From Leucoraja erinacea (Eukaryota): a stretch of 64,000 bases of DNA. The translations under genes and the position numbers were made by a program. The notes under the pieces are model-generated. The model worked only from the letters and a program-made list of their open reading frames with translations, did no database searches and was not told the origin of the DNA. This document shows positions 10,850 through 21,810 of this stretch, piece by piece; position 1 is the stretch's first letter, and every line of letters begins with the position of its first letter. The DNA lies in the NCBI RefSeq assembly GCF_028641065.1, contig NC_073394.1, positions 23,994,001 through 24,058,000 of the forward strand, written 5' to 3'.

Positions 10850-11050
10850 TCATGTGATAGGAGCAGAATTAGGCCATTTGGCCCTTCAAGTCTATTCTGC
10901 CATTCAACCATGGCTAATCCATCTTTCCCTCTCAACCCCATTCTCCTGCCTTCTCCCCATAACTCCCGACAGCTGTATTAATCAAGAATCTATCAATGTC
11001 TGCCAAAGATATCCATTGACTTGGCCGCCACATCCTTCAATGGCAACATA
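10850..11050 (-). mobile_element. CR1 LINE 3' end
   Basis: catgtgataggagcagaattaggccatttggccc tail, also at ~21970. Confidence 0.6.
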
Positions 11051-11519
11051 GTTCTCAGTATTGTAGCGCATCAGTCCTAGAGATAAATTACAATGTCCAT
11101 CCACATTGTGGCTAATTGGACAGTAAGTACCTTAGTGAGGAAAGTTTAAAATATCTTGACAAGCTAGCTTTTGATATCTGGAGGCATGAAAGATCTCATT
11201 TGCTTTTGTTTGCATTCTCCCTTCCTCAGACACTGATATTGTAGCAATCAGTAGCTTGGTGAATGACAAAACCAACATTGTGACAACCTCCAAGGGGTTC
11301 CTTTACATTAAGTTCCCTAATCAAATCTGGTTCTCCAGTGATGCTGCCTGATCCCATGACTTACCCCAGCACTAGAAGTGAAATTTGTAATAAATGCCAT
11401 AAACTGAGGTACTGTCCAATTCACCTCATTGTGGACATTGGATTTTATCTCTGGAACTGATGTGCTACTATGATGAGAACTATGTTCTGTACTATGCATC
11501 TTCCTCCCCTTTGAGTATA

Positions 11520-12383
11520 GGGAGGTTTCATGGCAGTCGGGTCACGACCCATGACCCGCACTGTTGCTAGGCTACTCCAAATGGATTACACGCAAAGTAC
11601 TGCAGGTAGGCACTTACCATTGTTTCCAGCGTAGCGGGCCCGTTAAAACCCGCTGAAATTGTCAATTTTTGCGCTGTAAATAATTATGGAAATCGGGATA
11701 AGCGTGTGAGACATTTAGCCTACTTCCAAACGAATTCCAAAAGTGAGGAAAAATGACGATAGAAAGAAACGAGCTGAAGGGACAACAACAGCCAGAGTGC
11801 TTAGCGAACATTGGCCGTTTGCTCACTGCATTTCATCAACTAATTGTGTTTTTTCTTGATTCCTTTGGCATCTAAAAAGTTTCAGAAATGATCAATCTGG
11901 CTGTAATTTTTTTAAATCGCCCATGGTTCTCGTGGGTTTTTACATACAAAATGAAACGCATCTGAAGAAAAATTTACAGCCAGATTTATCACTTCTGAGA
12001 ATTTTTAGATGCCAAAGGAATCAAGAAAAAACACAAATAATGCCTTACTTGATGAAATGCAGTGAGCAAACGCGATAATTCCCAATATTTTCAATGTTTA
12101 CCAAGCACTTTAGCTGTTGTTGTCCCTTCAGTTCTAGCTTCTCTATACCTTCATTTCGCTTCACGTTTGGAATTCTGAAGTTGGGTACATGTCCCTCACA
12201 CTTACCCCGACTCCCACATTTTTTTCAGCGCAGAAATTCAACATTTTGGCGGTTTTTAACAGGTAGGAAAGTACGCGTTTCTACCATTAATAACATATAC
12301 CGGAAGTGCCGGATGTCATCCAGTTGGAGTTAGCGGCTCCGTGCGTCGAGCCCTATGACCCAGTGACCTTCCGTGCAACCCCC
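11520..12383. mobile_element. Foldback-type non-autonomous DNA transposon upstream of TSG101
   Basis: Termini GGAGGTTTCATGG / CCGTGCAACCCCC; long imperfect internal inverted repeats (e.g. 11760-11912 vs 11967-12147). Confidence 0.7.
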
Positions 12384-12399
12384 TTATTTAGGTATCTGT

Positions 12400-12900
12400 T
12401 GGGATCGCAAAACAAGCGCATAGACCACGCCCCATTGTTCCGTCACAGAGCCCCGCCCATCACGTGTCAACGAGCCCCGCCCACAATAATTCGTCACTTT
12501 ACCGCGCCCCGCCCATGATTTATGTGGCGCTCCGCCCTCTTCTCTTATCACGTGACGGCGCACTCCGCGTCTTCGCTTCCGCTCGGGGCCTGCGTGGGCG
12601 GAAACGGAAGCAAAAAGCAAATCAGAAGACGCAGTGAAGTAAATACATGGAAAGTAAGCGAGCTGTCGCCATGGCGGTCACCGAGGGGGCGCTGAAAAGA
12701 ATGGTGTCAAAGGTAAATGCCGCAAATGGGGCGTGTAGATATACGGCCGGAGGTCTGTGGGTATCGGTCAGTGGGGAGGGGGTAATGGAGGGGGGCCAGT
12801 GTGAGGCCGAAGCTGGGCGGTGGGGAGAGATGGATGGATGGGAGGGAGAGAGACTCGCTTTTCGTCACGTAACCGCGCACCGCTCACAACTCGTGCTGGG
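12400..12900 (+). promoter_or_regulatory. TSG101 CpG-island promoter and 5' UTR
   Basis: CpG rich; GC boxes CCCCGCCC at 12451, 12475, 12507; CACGTG 12461; TCACGTGAC 12548; CGGAAG/CTTCCG ETS cores. Confidence 0.8.
12671..12712 (+). CDS. TSG101: TSG101 exon 1 (MAVTEGALKRMVSK)
   Basis: Kozak gtcgccATGG; gtaaat donor. Confidence 0.93.
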
Positions 12901-12989
12901 CTGTTCTGGAGGGTGGGGTCCAGAGCTGAATGATTAGAAAATTGTCTTCATGGAACATGTCTTCATCATCTCTGTGATGGTGGGACGTT

Positions 12990-13760
12990 GCTTTTTCGGA
13001 CTGAAGGCCTGTGACCAGTGATGTGCCTCAAGGTTCAGTGTTGGATCCATTGCTGTCTGTCGTCCGTATCAATGATTTGGATTAAAACGTACATGGCATG
13101 ATTGGCAAGTTTGCAGGTGACTAAAGTGGGTGGTATTGTAGACATTGAAGATGGTTGTCAAAAATGCGGCAAGATCTTGTTCGGTTGGGCAGGTGTGCTG
13201 TGGAATGTTTGATGGGATTTAATACAGAGAAATGTGAAATGTTGCATTTTGGGAAGTGTAACATGGGCAGGACCTACCCAGTGAATGGTAGGGCTCTGGG
13301 GAATGTTGTACAACAGAAGGATCCAGGCGTGCATGTACATAATTCCTTGAAAGTGGCGTCACAGGTAGATAGGGTAGTCAAGAAGGTTTTCGGCACATTG
13401 GCCTTTATCAGTCAGAGAAATGAGTATAGAAATTGGGAGATTATGTAACAGTTATGTAAAATGTTGGTGAGGCCACATTTAGTGTATAGTGTTCAGTTTT
13501 GGTCATCATGTCATTGGAAAAGGGTCAAGCTGTGAAGGGTGCAGAGATGATTTTACGAGGATTTTGCCAGGACTCGAGGGCCTGAGGTATAGGGGGGGAA
13601 GGGAGGAGAGGAGGGGGATTTAATACGAACCTGAGGGTTTACTTTTTCACACAAGGGGGGTGGGTATATGAAACAAACTGCCAGAGCTTGTAGTTGAGGA
13701 AGGTACTATTGGAACGTTTAAGAAACAGACAGGTACATGAATAGGATAGGTGTGGAGATT
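12990..13760 (+). mobile_element. Degenerate CR1 LINE (RT C-terminal part)
   Basis: ORF 13155-13448 FNTEKCEMLHFG...SLKVASQVDRVVKK, homologous to the 28.5-29.3 kb ORF. Confidence 0.85.
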
Positions 13761-14115
13761 GAGGAAGCGTTGGGAAGGGGGGAGACAAGGGTGGCATTAG
13801 GAAAGGGGACAAGGGCGGAGCAGGGGAAAGGAGGAGACTACGGTGGGTGGGGGATTGGATTGTGAAATGGGTTGGGAGTGGGGTGGCCAGGAAGGTAGTG
13901 GGAAAAGGTGGGAAAGAGAGAGACATGGCCGGGGATGGAGGACGCGTGGTGGGGATGTGGGAGGAGAGGGGGGGGACTAGGGTGATGGTAGGAACGGGTG
14001 AGGAGGGGGAGGCAAGGGTGGTGGAGGGGACGGGTCAGGAGAAGAACGAAGCACAGGCAAGGAGTGGAAGAGACCTATGTGGAAACTGCTATGTGGAATA
14101 TTTTATCTCTTGCAG

Positions 14116-14200
14116 TATAAATACAGGGATCTGACAGTGCGAGAAATTCTAAACGTTACCTCAACATATAAAGACCTCAAGCCCGTGAACGATGCATATG
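14116..14200 (+). CDS. TSG101: TSG101 exon 2 (YKYRDLTVREILNVTSTYKDLKPVNDAY)
   Basis: tgcag acceptor; gtgagt donor. Confidence 0.95.
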
Positions 14201-15031
14201 GTGAGTATTAAGATAACACTTGTAAGATGCATCTGTTAATTTCAGTGATGTTGGTTTTGACTTTTCTAATGGCATGGCAAATGTGTGTTTTGTGTAACCC
14301 AATGTGTTGTGAAGATCTGGAACCTAAGATATTGGTAAGGCAGTGAATATGAATTCACCGTATTCACAGGTGGTTGATTGTTGATTTAGTTCAGCTTTGA
14401 AAGTGCCGGTCTGGATGAGCAGAATCTTCTCTTCTGGCATAAATGACTGACAAATGCAGATAACACAACTTAAAAGTATTTATTGGAACTCAGCCAATGC
14501 CCAAAACCCCTGGTAATGGAATGTAAAAAATGATACTACCTGCATCAAATGATTCCTATTTCACTTTGCTTTGACGCATTCTATTTAATTATGTACTTTC
14601 AAAGTGACAAACTTTCTATTTCTTTGCCCTGATGGAGTTGCTGCAGCTAGACTGGGACTGCCGATGATATGAGAATTGACAGAGGAACTAAGCATTTTCC
14701 AGCACCATATGGACCTATAAAACACAGGAACAGGCCCATCTGATCTGTGCCGCCCAAGATACCAATCTAACATATGTAACGCATGATCTGCAGCCCTATT
14801 TGTTCATGTGTGTTCAATTCCTCTATTCTAGACAGTCATTCCCTCTCCCCCCCCCCCCCCCCCCATGCCCAAATCTTAAACCTGTTCCTTCTAGCATTTC
14901 ATATTTCCATCCAGAGATAACAACTCCATGCTATCTATGCCCTTTGTAATTTTACATACAAGTATCAAATTTCCCCACCAACAGCCTCCCCCTCGGGAGA
15001 GCAGCTACCATAATCGAGGATCACTCGTACC

Positions 15032-16841
15032 CAGGGCTCTCGCTTAACTTTTTTTCCCTGTTGCCAGCCGGGCAACCTTGGCAGCTTTTTAGGTTGCCAA
15101 ATGACAGTTTAGGTGGTCATTTAAGACGGCTTGCATGACGCGTGCGATAATGTGCTCGGTCGAAGTGCGTAGTTACCAGTCGGAATTATACTCAATGAAG
15201 CATTCACATATTATTTCTGCTTCAAATAAAGTCACAAACTAAACATTCACCAATCAAGACATGATATATCCCACAATGACATGCAGCAACATTATAAGAC
15301 AGTATCTCAACTCTTTTTACACATTGCACTTAATGCAATTTCTATGTTCTTTCTACTTCCAAACAAAATAGTGGTTGAATTATTCAGCATATGATCGACC
15401 TGTGTCAATAAATCCTGGACCATGGTAACATATATGCGTACGTATAGTTGTGAATGTTGCTCTTTAAATAACTACAGTACTGATATTCCATATTAAGACC
15501 ATTGATTTGCCGTTAAAATGAATCCTGTAATAACGTGTCAACGGTAGCAGTGACAATCGAACTTTGCGGTTTTAATGATTCACGTGTTCACAATATAATT
15601 AATCCGTCTTTACGGATTAAAACAAATAATAACATTGGGAATTAAAACATATTTGATTGCATTCCGTTATCAAACATAGTCAATGTTCGCTCTGAAGACA
15701 TTTCCAGGACAATAGGGTCAGGGAGGGGGGTGTTCGTGAATCAGTGCGGGGTGGATAGATGGATGGGGGGTGGGGGGGGGGGGGGGGGGGGGTCAGTACA
15801 GTGTGGATCGGAGGGTCTGTGCAGAATGAATGGGGGATCGCTACAGGATGAATGAGGGGAAGGTGCAGGGTAAATGGAGGGTGGGTCAGTATGGGATGAA
15901 TGCGTTAATTAGTACAGGATGGATGGGGGATCAGTACAGGATGGATGGAGGAGAAGTGCAGGATGGATGGGAAAGGGGTAAGTACAGGGTGAATTGGGAA
16001 ACCAGTGTAGGATGGATTTGGGGGGGGGGGGGGGGGAGGTGGCAGGGGAATCAATGCGAGGTGGATAGGGTGATCAGCGCAGGATGAATAGATTGGGGGG
16101 GGGGAAGTTGGGGAGGGGAGCACAGAGGATGTCGGTGAGGGCTGAATAGAGGCGGGAATGGGGATCAGTGTGGGATGGAGAGGCGGGGTCCCAGGATAAA
16201 GGGGGGGGGGAGGGGGGCGTACAAGAGAAAGAGAGAGAGAGAAGGGGGGCGAGGTGGGGAGGAAGGAAGGTCAGCGCTCCTCGGACAACATCGCCATCGC
16301 CTCCCTCCTCCGCCAGCCAACAGCAAGGTGTGGGGCCGAACGGTGCAGCTCAAAGACCCTATAGCTACAGGATCTTTGGTGCAGCTGCTTCAGACGGCAG
16401 ATGGAGCGCCTGACCCCTCCGGGAGCGAGGGGGAGGCCTCGGCGTGCGGGAGGGTTTGTTTTGAAAGTATTGCAAAGATCCTATAGCAGCGGGTTTGCAA
16501 GCAGTGGCCCTTATCAGGGCGGGCGGGGTGCGGGAGGAGGAGAGATGGAGCCGCTGTCGCTCACTGTTCAGCGCCCGTCATTCGCTGCGACCCTTCCTCA
16601 CCCCGCACCTAGACCTAGTATCTTTCCCACGCAATACAGCCGTCACCGCCGACACAAAACATTGCGTTCCTTTTGTACAGAGATGCTGCCTGACCCGCGG
16701 AGTTACTCCAGTTTTTTGTATCTATCTTCGGTACAAACCAGTATCTGGTTGCCAAGCCGGGCAAAATTACTCGGTGTTTAGTTGCCCGGCGGCGCTTTGA
16801 GTGGTCAGTGGCACCCGGGCAACCTTTAATTTCGAGTCCTG
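15032..16841. mobile_element. hAT-like non-autonomous element inserted in a Rex1-type LINE remnant
   Basis: Termini CAGGGCTC / GAGTCCTG; subterminal GTTGCC..GGCAAC repeats at both ends; flanks cgtacc / tgtacc; LINE remnant at ~14980-15031 and ~16842-17190. Confidence 0.65.
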
Positions 16842-18384
16842 TGTACCTCGTCGTTCTCTCTTCTTGCTGCTCCCTTTCGGCAGAAGATACAACAGATTGA
16901 AAGAACGTACAAACCAGACTAAAGAACGGCTTCTACCCTGCCGTCCCGCTGCTATCAGACTCTGAAATGGACCTTTCGGATGCTGAGGATGAACTTCCAT
17001 CTTCCAGTCTACCTTGTTCTGGCCCTTGCACTTTTTCATCTGCACTTTCTCTGTTGATCTAACACTATATTTTGCACTCCCGTTTATTTCCTTTTGCCAA
17101 CCCAAAGTACCTGTGTATGATATTATTTTGCCTGATTAGCATGCAAAATATTTTTTAAATTATGTCTTGGTACGCATGATAATAATAAACCAATAGTATA
17201 TTTCAAGGATGTAAAATCTGCCATGCTTGGCCCATTTGCTCTATGTTTGATTTAGTTCCTAACATGGCTAACCTTAACCAATAAGCTACTCAATTCAAGG
17301 AATAATTTGGGATGTCCACATTGTGCGATGAGTGAAAAGATCATATTCGCTGCGTGAGCCATGCATCAAAGACTGATGTAAAGGCAATTGAGACGCGCTG
17401 ACATTGGTTACAGTGTGCTGCTGTCATGCATAGGCTGACTACCTGCTCTTTGCATTGGATGGCCTCAATGAATTTGGTATCCTTTCTGGGTACTTTGAGT
17501 TTTCTCCCAATGCCTTCAATCTATCTGTGGTTTGTGCACTAGAATTATTATTGCGTAGATTAAATTTACGATTTTGCTAAGTGACCTTCAACTCCATGGC
17601 CCCCTTCAATTCCACTGCATCAGTTCCACCCCATTTGCAACCGTCCAGTGCCTCTCGCTAATGGCTTTTTGTCAAATGGGGAATGTGTATGTACATTGAG
17701 CAGTGTTGTCCTGTTTGACTGCAGGAACATATTGTTGCCCTTGTGCCCACATAATTTGCCCCTTAAAGTAGGATCCAGTAGTCATCAAGAGTGTTTAATT
17801 GTCATGTGTACCAAAAATGAAACTGAAATTCTTGCTTGCAACAGCATAACAAGCCATGAGGCACAGTAAACAAAAATCATAGCACAGAAACAGGCTCTTT
17901 AGCCCAACTCATCCATGCTAACTAAGATGCCCGATGTATGCTAATCCCATTTACCCATGTTTGGCCCATGTTCTTCTAAACCTTTCTTATCCATATACCA
18001 ATCCAAATGCCTTTTAAATATTAAAACAAGGAACACAGATGCTGGTTTACAGAAAAATACACAAAATGCTGGGTTTCTGGAGAACGTGGATCGGTGACAT
18101 TTTGTGTCTGGACCCATCAGACTCGAAGGTTCATTCCCACTGACGTTTTGATTGTGGTAGGTCACAAATGTGTAGACTTCTTCAGCTCCACACCACATGC
18201 AGCTCTACTACTTGTGGAATGTGTATTATTCCCTGTGCTGGTCTCCTTTGCTGCACCAGGTGGCATGGTTTCATTACATATTGGTGGTGTTTGAGCATTT
18301 TCTCCGTAGACCCAAGTCCTTTATTACTGATGTTCGTGATGGAATGAAATGTTGATTTTATTTTCTTCCTTTTTCTTATTTCAG

Positions 18385-18450
18385 TATTTAACAATGGTTC
18401 TTCTCAGGAGCTGATGAGTCTCACTGGAACGATTCCAGTTAGCTACAGAG
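18385..18450 (+). CDS. TSG101: TSG101 exon 3 (FNNGSSQELMSLTGTIPVSYR)
   Basis: tttcag acceptor; gtaaga donor. Confidence 0.95.
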
Positions 18451-18914
18451 GTAAGAAAGGAGAAGTGAACAATTGTAGGGTTTATTTTTCTGTCAGCTGT
18501 TGCTGATTTTAAACCCTTTAAATGTCTCTTAAAATAGTTACAACTTTAAAATAGTTATTTGAAACATACAAACATTTAGATAAATGTAAACTCATTGAAG
18601 CAAGCTCTTTGCCTCTGTTCTCGAAACCCGTTGAAATTATTGGGCTCTTGGTTATGATGGGTGTGGTTTCACTGGCTGTCTGTTGTATGACAGGAAAATC
18701 ACGAGTGCTTGTATCACTAATGGGCGACATATCTGCTGCGTTATTTAAATAGAAAGTGAAATCTTTGAGAAATAGTCCATTCTATATTAAATATGAATGC
18801 TCTTCAACATATAGTTTGACATTAAGATATTTAGTAGGTAGTTCTCGGGGGCCATGTGGCAAATGGTTAAAGCGCCTGATTTTGACATTTGTTGCAATGT
18901 CATCAGAACATTGG

Positions 18915-19222
18915 GCAGTGCAGTAACACAGCTGGTAGAACCTCTGCACCAGAACCTACAGCATCAGAGACCCGGGTTAGATCTTGACGGTGGATGCTGT
19001 CTGTGTGGAGTTTGCATGTTCTCCTTCTGACCATGTGCGTTTCCTCCAGGTGCTCCGGTTTCCTCCCACATCTTAAAGATGTGTGGGCTTGTAGGCTAAT
19101 TAGTGTCTGTAAATTGCTCCCTGCTATGTAGTGAGTGGATGCAAAAGTGGGATAACATAGAATTGGTGTGAGCACGTGCTGAAGGGCCTGCTTCCATGCT
19201 GTATCTCTCGAACTAAAACTAA
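18915..19222 (+). mobile_element. V-SINE
   Basis: tRNA-like head, V-domain tttcctccaggtgctccggtttcctcccaca, (actaaa)n tail. Confidence 0.8.
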
Positions 19223-19474
19223 AAGTTGTATCACTGAAGGGAGATTATACTGCATGCACTGTGGAGCAATGCCATTTTGAGTATGAGACAACCTGTGAGC
19301 TAAGCTAACTTGTGAACCAAGCTACCTAATGGGTGTGATCCATTAATTTCCGGCGGAGGTCTTCCTGTAATTTTCTTTTTGGGTGAATGGTTGGGGGCAG
19401 GTGGTAGGGGTTGGCAGTGAATAGGGAAGATTTTGAGTGGCTCATTGGTGATGGCCTTCTGACCTGGTGCTTCA

Positions 19475-19803
19475 GTCTTAGTTTTAGTTTAGTTTAGAGA
19501 TGCAGCATGGAAACAGGCCCTTTGGCCTACCCAGTCCACACTGAAAATTAATTCAGACATGATTCCAGTTTACATTAGTTCCATGCTATCCCACTTTGTC
19601 TGCACTTTAAAAGCAATTTTACAGAGGCCAATTAACCTGAAAACATGCACGTCTTTGGAGGTGTGGGAGGAAATCGGAGCACCCGGAGGAAACATGCGGT
19701 CACAGCCAATTAACATGAAAACCTCTCACAGACGGGTAGGATTGAACCCAGATCTCTGGCACCGTCAGGCAGCAGCTCTACCAGCTGCCCCATGGTGCTG
19801 CCC
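19475..19803 (-). mobile_element. V-SINE
   Basis: (ttttag)n tail and V-domain in reverse orientation. Confidence 0.75.
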
Positions 19804-19965
19804 CAATGTGTTAGTTCATAGATATAGATAGGAATATAATGTTTATCATTGAACTTTTCTTTGTATTTGAAATAAATCCTGATCTCCTGCGTTTATCCTA
19901 TTTAAATAAACTATAATGTATTTTGGCGACAAGAAGTTCTCTGTCTGACCTCTTTATCTTTGCAG

Positions 19966-20129
19966 GAAATATGTATAATATCCCTATATGCGTGTGGTTA
20001 CTGGACACTTACCCTTACAATCCTCCAATCTGCTTTGTAAAACCCACCAGTACCATGATGATTAGAACAGGAAAGCACGTTGATGCCAATGGGAAAATCT
20101 ACCTCCCCTATCTACACGAGTGGAAACAT
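19966..20129 (+). CDS. TSG101: TSG101 exon 4 ([27 protein letters not shown]...HEWKH)
   Basis: tgcag acceptor; gtgagt donor. Confidence 0.97.
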
Positions 20130-20845
20130 GTGAGTATCACAGGATTTAAAGAAGACAATTACTTGTGCCCCTGCGTTCTACCGAAGAGGCAGATATTGGC
20201 ACCTACGTTCTTGGGGAGAGGCATTTGTTGGCAGCTGTTACCCCTAGAGGTAGTCAGAGACAAATATTCTGAGTAACAGAGTATGGAAGCGATGGAAGAA
20301 GTTAGATTATGGAGTGTCAACAAATTCATTTAATGGAAATCTAGGTCCTTCAGTCTGTACAAAATTATAAACTAATGCACGAGAAATCTCTTCGACCCAG
20401 TAAAATGACTCTCCTCACGGCTCTAACCCTGTCATTGTCTAACTTAATTTAAGAATGCATTTAAAGTGTATGGAGCCAACATTCCTAGAATCCCGAAGAC
20501 TTGGTGGCTTTCAATGCGGATTGCTACTCTGAAGGAGAGGGAATTTAGAGAAGTTAGATTTTGGATAATGCCTGCCGAAGTATGTCGGAGGAATTGGATC
20601 AGCAGAGGCGACTGATGTCAGAGCTCCATTTTGCTGCTCTTTTGAATAACATCCCTCGTTCCTTTTCTGTGGTTAGTTTAAGTTTGTGAGTTTGTTCTGT
20701 TGCGCTTCTGCTGTTGATCTGGTTTGTATTTCTTGACATTGTATCTCTGTCATCTTTTCAAATGTATTCAGTAGCATCTCTACGGAATTATGAATAGAGA
20801 ACATTGGTGAGAAACATTAATAAATGTCTTGTCTTTTTATATTAG

Positions 20846-20972
20846 CCACATTCTGACCTCTATGGGCTGATACAGATGATGATCGTCATGTTTGGAGAGG
20901 AACCTCCTGTCTTTTCGAAGCTCGCTGCACCTCCATCTTACCCTTCGTATCAAGCTGCAGGGCCACCAACTC
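20846..20972 (+). CDS. TSG101: TSG101 exon 5 (PHSDLYGLIQMMIVMFGEEPPVFSK...AAGPPT)
   Basis: attag acceptor; gtaagt donor. Confidence 0.94.
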
Positions 20973-20999
20973 GTAAGTAACTTTTGCAAGGAGACATTG

Positions 21000-21280
21000 T
21001 CGGCACGGTGGCACAGCTGGTAGAGCTGCTGCCTCACAACACCGGAGCACCCATTCCGATCCTCACCTTGGGTGCTATCTGTGTGGAGTTTACACGTTCT
21101 CCCCATGTGGCTATCTGGATTTTCTCCATGTGGTACGGTTTCCTCCCACATCCCTAATATGTAGTGAGTGGATGAGAACGTGGGTTAACATAGAACAGTG
21201 TGAATGGGTGTTTGCTGGTCGGCACGGACTTGGTGGACCAAAGGGCATGTATCCATGTTGACGTATCTCTCAACTAAACA
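21000..21280 (+). mobile_element. V-SINE
   Basis: ggcacggtggcacagctggtagagctgctgcctcac head and V-domain. Confidence 0.8.
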
Positions 21281-21564
21281 TTAGAGCTATTTGCTTGCAT
21301 CATTAAATTCTGTTCATGTAAACGTATCCTTTTTACAGTTGGAGAAAACCCTTTCACTGCTGAAGCAGAAATTCATATTTTGTTTATTTTAGAGATGCAG
21401 TGTGGAAACAGGCCATTCGGCCCACCAAGTCTGCACCGAACCTGCACACTAATACTATCCTACACAAACGAGGGACAATTTACAATTTTACCAAAACTAA
21501 TAAGTGCATTTGGTATTCCCACTGCGCATGCCCAGGTCGTAGGTCACTCGCGATAAACATAGTT

Positions 21565-21810
21565 AACATAGAAACATAGAAAAATAGGTACAGGAGTAGG
21601 CCATTCGGCCCTTCGAGCCTGCACCGCCATTCAATATGATCATGGCTGATCATCCAACTCCGTATCCTGTTTCTGCCTTCTCTCCATACCCCCTGATCCC
21701 TTTAGCCACAAGGGCCACATCTAACTCCCTCTTAAATATAGCCAATGAAGTGGCCTCAACTACCTTCTGTGGCAGAGAATTCCAGAGATTCACCACTCTC
21801 TGTGTGAAAC
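21565..21810 (-). mobile_element. CR1 LINE 3' end
   Basis: (catagaaa)2 microsatellite tail followed by CR1 3' UTR in reverse. Confidence 0.7.

Noticed and set aside
18915-21280. tRNA genes
   Set aside because: The tRNA-like heads continue into V-SINE bodies; no complete cloverleaf seen.
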